This document shows, piece after piece, positions 35,641 to 45,693 of a DNA stretch of 64,000 nt; the stretch's first letter is position 1; every line of letters begins with the position of its first letter. The notes beneath the pieces are model-generated. The model was not told the origin of the DNA. It ran no database searches and saw only the letters and a list, made by a program, of their open reading frames with translations. The DNA is taken from positions 32,001-96,000 of the IMG/VR virus record IMGVR_UViG_3300017987_000006; one strand, given 5' to 3'. Made by a program: the position numbers and the translations under genes. The DNA is from a virus.

Positions 35641-36467
35641 TGGGACTGATCAACTTCATATCGGCTGTCATTGACCGAACGACGCCGTTCAGTATCACAG
35701 GACGGTACGATTGGGTCCGATCTGCGACCGACCAATCTGGGGCTATGCTCCCTCCGAGAGGCACCTCGTTTCCAACAACCCCCGTGACAAACGAAGTGTT
35801 TTATCGGACAGACCTGGAGCGTTGGTATCGATGGGATGGGTCTGCGTGGCAAGTGGCATCGGCTAGTGGTGACGTAGTAGGCCCTGCAAGCTCGCTGGAC
35901 AACGCTTTAGTGCGATTCGACGGTACGACAGGTAAACTCATCCAGCAGGCTACGAACAACCCGCCGACGATGGATGACAATGGGCGCGTTCAGGGTACGT
36001 ACACCTACGCTCCCGCCGCGACGAACCCCACAGCAAATCCGACACCGGCTGATGGAGACAGGTACTACAACACTTCCCTACGGCAATGGATGCAATACGA
36101 CGGTGGGCGGTCCAAGTGGCTCAGCGTGGACACGTTCACGGTGCAGATGGGGAGGAATGGTTCTGTAGCATCTCCAGGGGCGCTGCGAGCAATCAACGGC
36201 ATGGCTCTGTCATCTGGAAGAGGCATCCCCACACCGAAGTCGACCATCGTTTACGTCGGTATCGCCAGGACAGACACCGACGCGAGCCAGATAGTGATCG
36301 GGCTGAATGACTCCTCGATTCACACAGTGAACACGAGCGCCACCTTCACTGAGGAGACGACCACGAATGTAGATGTCTCTGGAGGCAGGTTGCAGGGAGG
36401 CGTGCCCAGCGGGCAGAACGCCATCGATAACTGCCAAGTTCTGCTCCTCTTGAAAAGGAGAGCGTGA
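35640..36467 (+). CDS. putative tail fibre/appendage protein
   Basis: FPTTPVTNEVFYRTDL and GDVVGPASSLDNALVRFDGTTG shaft motifs. Confidence 0.6.
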   Translation: MGLINFISAVIDRTTPFSITGRYDWVRSATDQSGAMLPPRGTSFPTTPVTNEVFYRTDLERWYRWDGSAWQVASASGDVVGPASSLDNALVRFDGTTGKLIQQATNNPPTMDDNGRVQGTYTYAPAATNPTANPTPADGDRYYNTSLRQWMQYDGGRSKWLSVDTFTVQMGRNGSVASPGALRAINGMALSSGRGIPTPKSTIVYVGIARTDTDASQIVIGLNDSSIHTVNTSATFTEETTTNVDVSGGRLQGGVPSGQNAIDNCQVLLLLKRRA

Positions 36468-38809
36468 TGGCGAACCAGACGATCATAGCCAACAACCAGA
36501 CTGGCGCGGCTATTGAGTTGCTGGCGCTCGGTGTGACCATTCCTGCGTCTGGTGATCTTGAGCTGACGTTGTACGCATCGACGTTCGACATCCTGGACGA
36601 TGCCCAACTGTTCGGTCTCGTAGACACCGATGAGATGCTGCTGACGTTGAACGGTACGCCATTGAGCAAAGCCGATTCGCTGGCATTGATGACGCCTCCG
36701 GTGACAGGAGATTTGGCACACAGTGATCTGACAGGAATCGCAGCAACAGATCACCACAGCAACGCCAACGATCCCACATCGGACCAGAAGGATGCGCTGA
36801 CGGGTGCGGGAGCGATCACCTCGTTGAATCCGTTGGTGTCCCAGGGGACACTTGATACACATACTGGAGACACATCGAATCCGCATAGTGTCACAGCCGC
36901 GCAGGCCGGTGCGCCCACGACTGGCGATTTGACGAGTCATACTGGGAACACGTCAAACCCGCACAGTGTCACGGCGGCACAAGCCAGCGCCATCCCGACG
37001 TCAGAGAAGGGTGCGGCCAATGGAGTGTGCGAGCTGGATTCCGGCGGCAAGGTGCCGGCCACGAAGATTCCAGCGGTAGCTTTACCGGAGGTGCATGTTG
37101 TTGCAGATGAAACCGCTCGCCTGGCACTTACTGTTCAAGAAGGCGACGAAGCGATCCAGACGGACGATGGTTCGCACTGGATCTATGACGGGTCAACTTG
37201 GCACCAGCGCACAGGTGGTACAGGGGATGTGGCTGGACCTTCGTCTGCTACTGATAACGCGGTTGCTCGCTTTGATGAATCGACTGGAAAGGTCATCCAG
37301 AACAGCGCCGTCACCGTTGACGATTCTGGTAACATCGCAACATCCGGCACTGTGGATGGACGCGATGTATCAGCAGACGGTTCCACGCTCGACTCGCATG
37401 TTGCTTCGACGGCGAATCCGCACTCTGTTACGAAGACACAGGTAGGTCTTGGCAACGTTGAGAACTTGAAGGTCAATCTGACTGCCACAGTAGACCCGAC
37501 AGCTGGTGACGATTCAGGCGACGGTTACGCGGTGGGTTCACGTTGGGTCAACGTCACGGATGATAGAGAGTGGACCTGTCTCGACGCAGCGTTGACGGCT
37601 GCGGTGTGGCAGCAAGTCACGGCTAACGACACAGTGCCCGCCCAGTTCTTTGACGGCTACGACGCAACCGGTGGGGTAGACATTTCTTTTGGTTGGACCG
37701 ACGTACCACTGGATACGGAGCGCAAGAAGGATGCACCGTTCCTGCACATAGGTTCTTCGGCCGAGGTAGAGATCGACGAGACTGATACCTATCTGGTGTT
37801 GGGTCGTATGGGTTGGGAACAGACTGGCAACAACAGTCGATCTGCAGTCAAGGTGAGACTCGTATTGGATACTGGTGGTGGCTATGTTGAGGTGCCGGGT
37901 ACTTTGAGTGTTGGCTACTCGCGTCAGATATCTCAGGGTGAGGATTCAGTCAGTTTCAGCGCGGTCATGGCACTATCCGATGGGAATAAGATCAAGCTGC
38001 AAGGCTCCAGGCACAGCGGGAATGGCATAATTGAGACTCTTGCAGATGGGTCTTCGCTTGTCATCGTGCGTATCAAGGGAGAGAAGGGCGACCAAGGTCC
38101 GCCTGGGTCTGGCACCACGTTGACGATGAAGGACGCCTCGGGCGACCTGGCGAACACGCCACATTCAGCGCTGAAGGTTACCGGTGCTGGTGCGACGTTC
38201 GTAGATGAGGGAAGCGGTGTTGCAGCGCTGAACATTCCCGGTGCGCCAGAGATCGATGAGCCGGAGAACTTCGAGGACTGGATCGCAGCTGTCGGCCCTC
38301 GTTGGTATCATAACGGTGCGATTCTCGAAGAACCGGGCGGCGTCGTTCGCCTCACGACGAGTGGAGCGAGTGGCGACAACAAGGACTTCGGGGAGTCTGC
38401 TCGTAGCTGGAAGGCAGCCAACAAGTTTCATTTCAGGTGCAAAACGAAGTTGGGACAGACTGCCAATTGCTATGTAGAAATTGGATTCGCTAATTTCTCT
38501 ACAGGGCACTACGCATTTTTCAGCAACGATGGTACAGCGGGTGCTTGGCGTTCTAGAACGCGAGACGGTTCGACTTACGAGAACACAGACAGCGTAGGTA
38601 CGCCTGACACGAGTTATCATCTGTTCGAGATCATCGCGGATGGGTCGGAGATTGTGTTCAAGATCGACAATGTGACAGTGGCCACGCACACGACTAACCT
38701 GCCGTCTGATGCGATGCTGGGATACAACTACATCGAGGCAACTGCCGCAGTGGTGGTGACCTTGGACAACGACTATATGCGGATCACATGTGAAGATAGG
38801 GTGAGCTGA
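36464..38809 (+). CDS. tail fibre-like protein with H..NPHSVT repeats, short collagen segment and C-terminal ConA/LamG-like domain
   Basis: three NPHSVT repeats; KGEKGDQGPPG; C-terminal YHLFEIIADGSEIVFKIDNVTVATH. Confidence 0.7.
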   Translation: MMANQTIIANNQTGAAIELLALGVTIPASGDLELTLYASTFDILDDAQLFGLVDTDEMLLTLNGTPLSKADSLALMTPPVTGDLAHSDLTGIAATDHHSNANDPTSDQKDALTGAGAITSLNPLVSQGTLDTHTGDTSNPHSVTAAQAGAPTTGDLTSHTGNTSNPHSVTAAQASAIPTSEKGAANGVCELDSGGKVPATKIPAVALPEVHVVADETARLALTVQEGDEAIQTDDGSHWIYDGSTWHQRTGGTGDVAGPSSATDNAVARFDESTGKVIQNSAVTVDDSGNIATSGTVDGRDVSADGSTLDSHVASTANPHSVTKTQVGLGNVENLKVNLTATVDPTAGDDSGDGYAVGSRWVNVTDDREWTCLDAALTAAVWQQVTANDTVPAQFFDGYDATGGVDISFGWTDVPLDTERKKDAPFLHIGSSAEVEIDETDTYLVLGRMGWEQTGNNSRSAVKVRLVLDTGGGYVEVPGTLSVGYSRQISQGEDSVSFSAVMALSDGNKIKLQGSRHSGNGIIETLADGSSLVIVRIKGEKGDQGPPGSGTTLTMKDASGDLANTPHSALKVTGAGATFVDEGSGVAALNIPGAPEIDEPENFEDWIAAVGPRWYHNGAILEEPGGVVRLTTSGASGDNKDFGESARSWKAANKFHFRCKTKLGQTANCYVEIGFANFSTGHYAFFSNDGTAGAWRSRTRDGSTYENTDSVGTPDTSYHLFEIIADGSEIVFKIDNVTVATHTTNLPSDAMLGYNYIEATAAVVVTLDNDYMRITCEDRVS

Positions 38810-38810
38810 T

Positions 38811-39989
38811 ATGGCCATCATCATCAAGAACAACGGCGACAATCAGTGGAAGTTGCTGGACACCAATCCGAGGGTGACCATCAACGCAGACAATCAGAAG
38901 GACCTGGAACTGATCGTCCCACGGATGCAGATCACCTACTCCCAACAACTGTTGAACGATTTGAAGAACGACGATCTGGCGTTGGTGGTCAACGACGGCT
39001 CAAAGGACCTTACCTTCGCCCAAGCCATCTGGCATATCTTCGGCTACGGCCAGCAGCTGCCGGTCAACGCCAGCGGGCGCATCCCCATCGACTCCTACAA
39101 GCCGGACGGCATCGGGATGATCGTCTGCTCCCACGACTTCGCTCGGCCAGAGTCGTGGTATGGAAACTCGGTTGAGGTAGTCGAAGAAGAGCTGACCAAT
39201 CCCTCACAGGATGGCATCACCTGGCGCAGCGAGTACAAATGGTGGATCGACCTGATGCACGGCTACGTGCCTCGGGAGGGAAACATCAACACCGACTATG
39301 CCATCAAGGTCGAGGTCAACATCAACGATGCAGGATGGGTGAAGAAGCTCGAGGGGCATGACTTTCTTGCCGACTACAAGCATGGAGAAATCCTCACTGC
39401 ATTCCTGAACCCTTACCTGTCCGACAGCGCCTACCGTGACCCGCAGAATCAGCCGCCCAAGTTGGGCATGGGGGCCTTGAATCCGGTGCAGGACAAACTG
39501 CGAGCCACCTATCATCACGCTAACGGTGCAGGGGCCTCGACGTGGATCATGGCCCCGACGCCTGGGAAGATTCGGCGCATCATCAAGACCGAGGTCAACC
39601 ACACCAACGACGTCATGATCCACTCGGCTGTGATCTTCTGCCCATTCCTGACCAATCCCGCTGACCCTGATGGTCCAAAGGTGCCGTACATGCCAGAGAT
39701 GGCAGTGTACAAAGGCGGTCAGTGCTTCGTGTCCGAGGGCAACCTTGGCACCGGGGTCATCCCGCCATTCGGTGGCGGCGCGGAGCGTGTGGGCTTCACC
39801 AAGCGTGGGCTTCGGCATGACACCTCGGTCAAGCCCTTCGACTACGTCTACGCCAAGGGGCTAGCCAGCAGCGTCGGCATGGAGCTGAGGGTGTGGATCT
39901 TGAACGACGTTCCTGTTGACGGGGAGTACGCCAACGTGACGTGCTACTGCTCCGAAGAAGACGATCCCAACTGGGTGGATCCGGAGTAG
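38811..39989 (+). CDS. putative virion protein
   Basis: 392-aa ORF in structural block. Confidence 0.55.
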   Translation: MAIIIKNNGDNQWKLLDTNPRVTINADNQKDLELIVPRMQITYSQQLLNDLKNDDLALVVNDGSKDLTFAQAIWHIFGYGQQLPVNASGRIPIDSYKPDGIGMIVCSHDFARPESWYGNSVEVVEEELTNPSQDGITWRSEYKWWIDLMHGYVPREGNINTDYAIKVEVNINDAGWVKKLEGHDFLADYKHGEILTAFLNPYLSDSAYRDPQNQPPKLGMGALNPVQDKLRATYHHANGAGASTWIMAPTPGKIRRIIKTEVNHTNDVMIHSAVIFCPFLTNPADPDGPKVPYMPEMAVYKGGQCFVSEGNLGTGVIPPFGGGAERVGFTKRGLRHDTSVKPFDYVYAKGLASSVGMELRVWILNDVPVDGEYANVTCYCSEEDDPNWVDPE

Positions 39990-39992
39990 CGC

Positions 39993-40571
39993 GTGGCGCT
40001 CAAGAAGGTCATAGTCGGTGGCAGCGTCGGAGACAGTTGGTTGTCCCGAGCCATACAGTACTTCCAGCGCCTGATGCCACGGCGCAGAAAGGACTTGGGC
40101 GATGTTCCCTCTCACGCTTGGGCGGCTGGGTATTCGGAAGAGTTCGGCTGTGTGCTTGTGCTTGAGAGCACTCGGCATGGCTATCGTCCAACGGAGTGGT
40201 CGCGCTGGCTTGCGCACAGCCGCGTGGTTCGGGCGTACCATCTGCGGGACATCGACATGTCCCCCGCAATCAAGTGGGCGGGCAAGCAGACGGGGGTAAA
40301 GTACGAGTTTTCGTCCATCGCCCGGTACGTCTGGACAGTGCTGGTCTACTGGTTCACGTTGCGCTGGACTCATCGCCCGGAGAACACCCCCAACGCCATG
40401 ATCTGTAGCGAGGCAGCGACACGCTTCGTGCAGCAGGTGGGCGTGCTGGAGATCAGCAGGCCGGAGCAGATGACACCGCTGGAGTTCATCCAGGCCATCG
40501 AGCATGTGCCCGCTGCCGCAGACGTGACCAAGCAGGTCCAGGATGGATCTTGGTGGTCGGAGTTTGAGTGA
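39993..40571 (+). CDS. permuted papain-like (YiiX/YebB-type NlpC/P60) enzyme
   Basis: SHA (His) N-terminal, VLES, Y.F, C-terminal MICSEA (Cys), ..TP. Confidence 0.75.
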   Translation: MALKKVIVGGSVGDSWLSRAIQYFQRLMPRRRKDLGDVPSHAWAAGYSEEFGCVLVLESTRHGYRPTEWSRWLAHSRVVRAYHLRDIDMSPAIKWAGKQTGVKYEFSSIARYVWTVLVYWFTLRWTHRPENTPNAMICSEAATRFVQQVGVLEISRPEQMTPLEFIQAIEHVPAAADVTKQVQDGSWWSEFE

Positions 40572-40777
40572 TGACGCCGATCAAATGTGAAAAGCATCAG
40601 GAGTGGCATGTGCCAGATGTGGGGTGTCCGAAATGCCTAGCTGAAAAGCAGGGCTTCGTGCGTTGCGTGTGGTGTCGGCGAAAGATGCCGGCGGACAAGA
40701 TCGTCTGGCAGGATGGTAAGGGGCGGTGTCGCAACTTTGTCGAGTGCGACACGGCGAAGATGGAAGGTGAGAAATGA
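40568..40777 (+). CDS. small Zn-finger protein
   Basis: CEKH..CPKC, CVWC..C..C. Confidence 0.55.
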   Translation: MMTPIKCEKHQEWHVPDVGCPKCLAEKQGFVRCVWCRRKMPADKIVWQDGKGRCRNFVECDTAKMEGEK

Positions 40778-41070
40778 GTCCGATATTCGATTGGTGGATC
40801 TTGCCGCACATGGCCTTCTTCTTGTGGCTCGCCTCGGCCATCCACAGCAAGTGGGAGCCTCGTTGGCGAGCCCACGTGCTGTTGTGGTTGGCGTGCTCCT
40901 TTGCCTGGGAGATCCCAGAACATTTCCTGCAAAGAATGTACCCCGAGACCTGGGTTGTGGTAGAACAGCCCATTAACGCATGGGTCGTTGACCCGTTGTC
41001 CAATGGGGCGGGGTGGTTAGTAGGTGCTCTAGTGGGACGTTGGTCGAAGAAAAGGAAGGCCAGGGCGTGA
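40774..41070 (+). CDS. small integral membrane protein
   Basis: three hydrophobic segments, H...WE..E motif. Confidence 0.65.
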   Translation: MSPIFDWWILPHMAFFLWLASAIHSKWEPRWRAHVLLWLACSFAWEIPEHFLQRMYPETWVVVEQPINAWVVDPLSNGAGWLVGALVGRWSKKRKARA

Positions 41071-41378
41071 GCTACGAAAACTGCGCATTGAGTCTCGTTC
41101 CGGGTTTTGCTCCAGAAGTTAGACCGGAGGCACCACATGAACCTACTTTGGAAGACACCATCTGCTATCTCCGTTGGGCGTACCCGGAAATGATTGAGAC
41201 TCTCGACCAGAGGATGGAGCGCCAAAAAGCCATGGTAGATCGGCTCCTTAGAGACCGTGGCATCGATCCGGACGAGCTCGTCGAAAGGACGCCCAGTGAA
41301 GTACCGGACGACGAAATTGTCCGTTTCTGTTATCATGTTCTGAGGGACATCGAGTACATAGATGGGCTGCGCTGTTGA
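41067..41378 (+). CDS. hypothetical protein
   Basis: GTG coupled to upstream TGA. Confidence 0.5.
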   Translation: MSYENCALSLVPGFAPEVRPEAPHEPTLEDTICYLRWAYPEMIETLDQRMERQKAMVDRLLRDRGIDPDELVERTPSEVPDDEIVRFCYHVLRDIEYIDGLRC

Positions 41379-41638
41379 TGGAAACACTCGCGATCAAGTC
41401 ATTGCTCCAACTTGGTGGTGGCTATGTTTTGGCCGCCATCGGTTTTGTCCTGTTCTTTTTGGAACGTAGGCGTAACAACCAGCTTCAAGAATCGAAAGAC
41501 CAGCTCTACGATCGACTGTTCGACTCGTCTGAAAGCGTGACCACGGCAATCACAGAGATTGGGGGAGTTTTAAGGGAGCATGATAGGATGCTTGACAACG
41601 TGGTAGAGACTACAAAGATGTTATCGGGGAGGCGCTGA
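41375..41638 (+). CDS. holin-like single-TM protein
   Basis: N-terminal TM followed by charged/coiled tail. Confidence 0.45.
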   Translation: MMETLAIKSLLQLGGGYVLAAIGFVLFFLERRRNNQLQESKDQLYDRLFDSSESVTTAITEIGGVLREHDRMLDNVVETTKMLSGRR

Positions 41639-42015
41639 TGTCACCACCGACATTGCCGGAGCTCCTGGTTCGTCTGGGGTATATCACCAAAGATCAGATG
41701 AACAACGTCATTGATAAGATCACGATGTCCACCGAGGAAGATCGGATCGCCATGATGTTTGTTGCTCTCGATCTTGTGACGAACAAGCAGCTCGAGGAGG
41801 CGCGTGAGCTGCTGAAGAAGATGAACAGCACGAACCGCGTGGAGCGTGCGGAGGCGGCCCACGACTTTTCACAGAAGCGCGTTGCCACTATCACCTCCTT
41901 AGCCTGCAGGCTAAGGGCGAGGGCTGGAACGGTGAGGGGAATGACGGATGAGGCTCGTAAGGTTACGGGCGAGCAAGCCGCCATACCAATGTTGGCAAAG
42001 CCTACTGATTCTTAG
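41638..42015 (+). CDS. degenerate MshEN/T2SSE_N-like protein
   Basis: TLPELLVRLGYITKDQM and RIAMMFVALDLVTNKQLEEA tandem motifs. Confidence 0.5.
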   Translation: MSPPTLPELLVRLGYITKDQMNNVIDKITMSTEEDRIAMMFVALDLVTNKQLEEARELLKKMNSTNRVERAEAAHDFSQKRVATITSLACRLRARAGTVRGMTDEARKVTGEQAAIPMLAKPTDS

Positions 42016-42030
42016 TAGTATGGCTGGGCG

Positions 42031-42588
42031 ATGACGCTCCCAGCCAAAGTAGGCGAGCCGGTCCCCATAGTTGTTGTCCTAGAAGACGGCAACGAGACGC
42101 AGTACCCGCAGACCAAGATCTATGCCGCAGGATCTGGAACTCCCGCCGCCACGATCGATGTTGCCCACATTGTGGCCGGGCGTTATGAGGATTCCTGGAC
42201 TCCCACCTCAGTTGGAGTTTACACGGCTCACACCATCATCTACTCGGACGCGGCAAGGACGGTAGAGAATATCGTCTACACGCGTGAGGCGGAGCAGATC
42301 GTAGCAACGGAAACGAACGTTGATGATCTGGCATCGGGCATCGTGCGGCTGCTGGGGCTGACACACGAGAACGTCTTCATAGATAACACCACGTTCGACG
42401 TTGCTGGGCAGCTCATCACATCCAGGATCAGACTTTACGACTCGAAGGCCAACGTGGAGAACGCCACGGACGGTGGTGATGAGACCATCCTTCCGGAGTC
42501 CGCCGGTTTGGTCGCGGTATACGAGATGGAGGCGGTGCATGAGGCGACGGGTCGGTTGCAGACGTACCGAATGAAGAGGACGGCATGA
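42031..42588 (+). CDS. putative structural protein
   Basis: 185 aa, beta-rich. Confidence 0.6.
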   Translation: MTLPAKVGEPVPIVVVLEDGNETQYPQTKIYAAGSGTPAATIDVAHIVAGRYEDSWTPTSVGVYTAHTIIYSDAARTVENIVYTREAEQIVATETNVDDLASGIVRLLGLTHENVFIDNTTFDVAGQLITSRIRLYDSKANVENATDGGDETILPESAGLVAVYEMEAVHEATGRLQTYRMKRTA

Positions 42589-42884
42589 GCTCCACCAGCC
42601 TCGTCACGCGTGGGATGATTTGTTACAGCCAGATCTTGGGGGACAAGCTGATGAGCTGCGCACACCCGGATACGACCAGTGTCCTGGAGGTTCGGCCCAA
42701 GATCAGACGTGCTGCGGCAGAGGACCCAGTATCTGTTGGACCTCCGTCCATTTTATCTGCACGGGAAGTGAAGCCGCGGACCAGTGCCCAGGCGGAGCAA
42801 GTTCCGTCTGCTCCGGAGCCGCCTACGATCTTGTCAGGTCAAGAGATGAAGCCTAAGATCGTCAAGATCGAAGAGGAGGACTAA
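42585..42884 (+). CDS. hypothetical protein
   Basis: 99 aa; repeated P.ILS..E.KP. Confidence 0.55.
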   Translation: MSSTSLVTRGMICYSQILGDKLMSCAHPDTTSVLEVRPKIRRAAAEDPVSVGPPSILSAREVKPRTSAQAEQVPSAPEPPTILSGQEMKPKIVKIEEED

Positions 42885-43835
42885 GTGGCGACCATCAAAT
42901 TGAAGCTCTTCGTGTCCGAGCTGGCCAACGTCATGTCATTGTTCGATGTGATCCAGGTCCAGCGTTCGGCCACTGCTCCTCCTACCGTCACCGCTGTCGA
43001 TCTCACGGAGGACACAGCTCAGCCGGCCGAGCTGACGGGAACTATCGAGGGGCCATACGCGCTCAACGGTAAGATCTTCACGTTCAAGGTCAACGGCACC
43101 GAGCTCTCCGTCACCTTCACCTCGCCAGATCCAATCGCCATCCCAGATGTGGTGGATGAGATCAACACGGCGCTGACTGGGGCTGGGTTGGATGCCACGG
43201 CATCAGACTCGAGCGGTTTGTTGAAACTCGAGACAGATGATTCTGGGACGCAGTTCACGTTGGAGATCATCAGTGGGACGGCGCTGGCGGTTCTGGGCTT
43301 TACGGCCGGCGACAAGGACAACGGCGAGGCCGTCCACACACTCCTGATTGCGGATGTGACCGAGTACGTTTTTGATGATGGGAGTGGGGAGGCTTCTTAC
43401 TACTACCGGACGCGCTTTTACAACACGGCCAACGGGACCTACAGCGCCTGGTCGGACTGGGAACAGGGGACGACGAGCGCCGCGGTGGACTCGGCCGAGC
43501 TCATCGTGGGGAAGGTCCAGCTCGCCAAGCTCGATGGCACGGCCTGGTCGGGGGCGAAGGTGGTCATCGCCAACGTGTTCGAACCCTCCAAGGCGGATGG
43601 GTACGGTATCTTCGGGAAATCAATAGAGATTGAGACAGACGGTACGGGAATGGCTGAGACAACCCTTGTGAAGGGCTCGCTGGTAGATGTAATATTCGCG
43701 GGCACTTCCATCATCCGGCGGATCCAGGTCCCGGATACTGGAACGGAGTTTGACCTGCTGGACGACAGCTTGGTAGTGAACGACAGGTTCGAGATTCAGA
43801 CGCCGGATATTCCGTATGCCCCACGTCGCACATAG
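42885..43835 (+). CDS. putative structural protein
   Basis: 316 aa, acidic, beta-rich. Confidence 0.65.
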   Translation: MATIKLKLFVSELANVMSLFDVIQVQRSATAPPTVTAVDLTEDTAQPAELTGTIEGPYALNGKIFTFKVNGTELSVTFTSPDPIAIPDVVDEINTALTGAGLDATASDSSGLLKLETDDSGTQFTLEIISGTALAVLGFTAGDKDNGEAVHTLLIADVTEYVFDDGSGEASYYYRTRFYNTANGTYSAWSDWEQGTTSAAVDSAELIVGKVQLAKLDGTAWSGAKVVIANVFEPSKADGYGIFGKSIEIETDGTGMAETTLVKGSLVDVIFAGTSIIRRIQVPDTGTEFDLLDDSLVVNDRFEIQTPDIPYAPRRT

Positions 43836-44036
43836 AGCCTCTGAGAGGCCCGTGGCGGGCCCGGCATTTCGGGCGGTGCTGCGGGGCGACCCGGGTAGCT
43901 CAGGCCCAAATTTGAGCTGCTCAGGCCCGTTCTCGAGCACGTTAGCTTGTTGGCCGCGGGCCTGTTGGACAGCGGCACGCTGGACGTGGAGTGGGGCATG
44001 TGTTTTGGTAACCCAACTTACAAAAAAAGGTGCGTC

Positions 44037-44759
44037 GTGAACACAGAGTCATTCTTCGACGAGTTGGAGAAGATAGCGTTCGACTGGGCGGATATGAATC
44101 GGGTGCTGCGTTTGAGTAGAGCTCGGACGCTTCGACTTCCACAACGTCTACTTCCGGTAGGGCCGATGTCTGTCCCCGCGGCCTCCAAACCTTACCAACT
44201 AGCTGCCGCTAGGGAAGCCGTTGAAACTGGACAGATTCCTGCGGCACTAGGCGACGCATCGATGCGGTTTGTCGGGCAGACGAGCGGCAAGGCCCTAATG
44301 CCGAAGGGAGGCGTGGTCCGGCAACTGGAGCAGCGTGGGATGCCGTCTGGAGTGGTCAAAGGCAGGGAGCGCAAGGCCATGGAGTCTCTGTTACGGGGAC
44401 ATGAACTCGATGAGGTCACCTTGGGTGCGAAGAAGTTCGACCCGGAGTACACCATAAAGACGACGCACGTTAGTCCCGACGTGGTTCTGAGGGAGAGAAA
44501 CAGGCTTCTGACGATGCCGCCTGAGGTGCGTCCGGCTGTCACAGAGGCTATGTCACCTATCCGCTCGGTGCTTGATACACCTGCTCTGGAGCGGGCGACC
44601 AGAACCGTTTCTGGGAAGGGGCTAGATTATGGCAGTGGCCCGCGGTTGAGCCGTCACGCGCGCAAACGGATCTCCAAAAGGATGAAGGAGATCACGAAGA
44701 GCCCAGATACTCCGTCAGCCACAGAGATGATCAGAGAGGCAATGGAAGGGGCAGCGTAG
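44037..44759 (+). CDS. hypothetical protein with N-terminal FFDELEKIA motif
   Basis: start reassigned to GTG 44037 (AAAGGTG RBS). Confidence 0.6.
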   Translation: MNTESFFDELEKIAFDWADMNRVLRLSRARTLRLPQRLLPVGPMSVPAASKPYQLAAAREAVETGQIPAALGDASMRFVGQTSGKALMPKGGVVRQLEQRGMPSGVVKGRERKAMESLLRGHELDEVTLGAKKFDPEYTIKTTHVSPDVVLRERNRLLTMPPEVRPAVTEAMSPIRSVLDTPALERATRTVSGKGLDYGSGPRLSRHARKRISKRMKEITKSPDTPSATEMIREAMEGAA

Positions 44760-45692
44760 ATGGCTAGCGAGACAGTACGAGTCTTCGTAGTAGACGAGCA
44801 GACGCCCACGCCAGATCCGATCGAGAGTGTGCTGGTACGGGTCTTCGATGCGACTGGGACCACCTTTATCACGGAGGACTACACTGATGCGCTCGGTATT
44901 GCAGATTTCACGCTCGATGGGGACGACCCACCCAACGAATACCAGATCCGGCTGTCAAAGACGGGTGTCGCGTTCGATGGCAGTTTGGGCGACGACTCGA
45001 AGTCACCTCAGCTCATCGAGGTCTGGACTCCGGCCGCCTCCTCGCCCAGCGGCACCAACGACTTTGAGGTTCAGGGACAGACCTTCAGTCGTCCTGTCGC
45101 GACAGATCCTCGGCTGTGTCGTGCGAGCGGTTTCTTCCGTCGGGCTGATGGTTCTGCGTATCCGCACCTAGATCTGATCTTCAAGCCCCTCTTCAGACCG
45201 GCCATCGTAGACGGGGACAGCGTGATGTGGACATCTATCAACACGCGAACCGATGAAGACGGATACCTCGAGATCGATCTGTATCGTGGCGGCGAGTACA
45301 GCGTGGTGGTGGAGTCCCTCGAAGATGATCCACGCAGCGTGGTCGTCCCGGATGCGTCATCCGTCAGCTTGATCGATCTGCTGTTTCCGGTCGTCGCCCA
45401 GGTCGTCTTCGATCCTACTTCGCTGGCCATGTCCGAGGGGGATTCCGAGGAAGTCACTCCGACCGTCACGGCCAGCGATCTCCAGGAGCTTACAGGTACC
45501 GCTCCCGATGACGTGGAGTACACCTCGTCGGACGAGGACGTCGCGACTGTTAGCGTTCGTGACGATGTCATTATTGTCACTGCTGTCGGGGCCGGGTCGG
45601 CGCAGATTGACGTGGCGCGCAAGGACGAGTCGATCGTCATCGTCCCTGATTCTGGAATCACCTACACTGCTCTGTCTATCACGGTGACGTAG
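44760..45692 (+). CDS. structural protein with C-terminal Ig-like (Big_2-type) domain
   Basis: VEYTSSDEDVATVS...IVTAVGAGSAQIDV. Confidence 0.7.
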   Translation: MASETVRVFVVDEQTPTPDPIESVLVRVFDATGTTFITEDYTDALGIADFTLDGDDPPNEYQIRLSKTGVAFDGSLGDDSKSPQLIEVWTPAASSPSGTNDFEVQGQTFSRPVATDPRLCRASGFFRRADGSAYPHLDLIFKPLFRPAIVDGDSVMWTSINTRTDEDGYLEIDLYRGGEYSVVVESLEDDPRSVVVPDASSVSLIDLLFPVVAQVVFDPTSLAMSEGDSEEVTPTVTASDLQELTGTAPDDVEYTSSDEDVATVSVRDDVIIVTAVGAGSAQIDVARKDESIVIVPDSGITYTALSITVT

Positions 45693-45693
45693 C

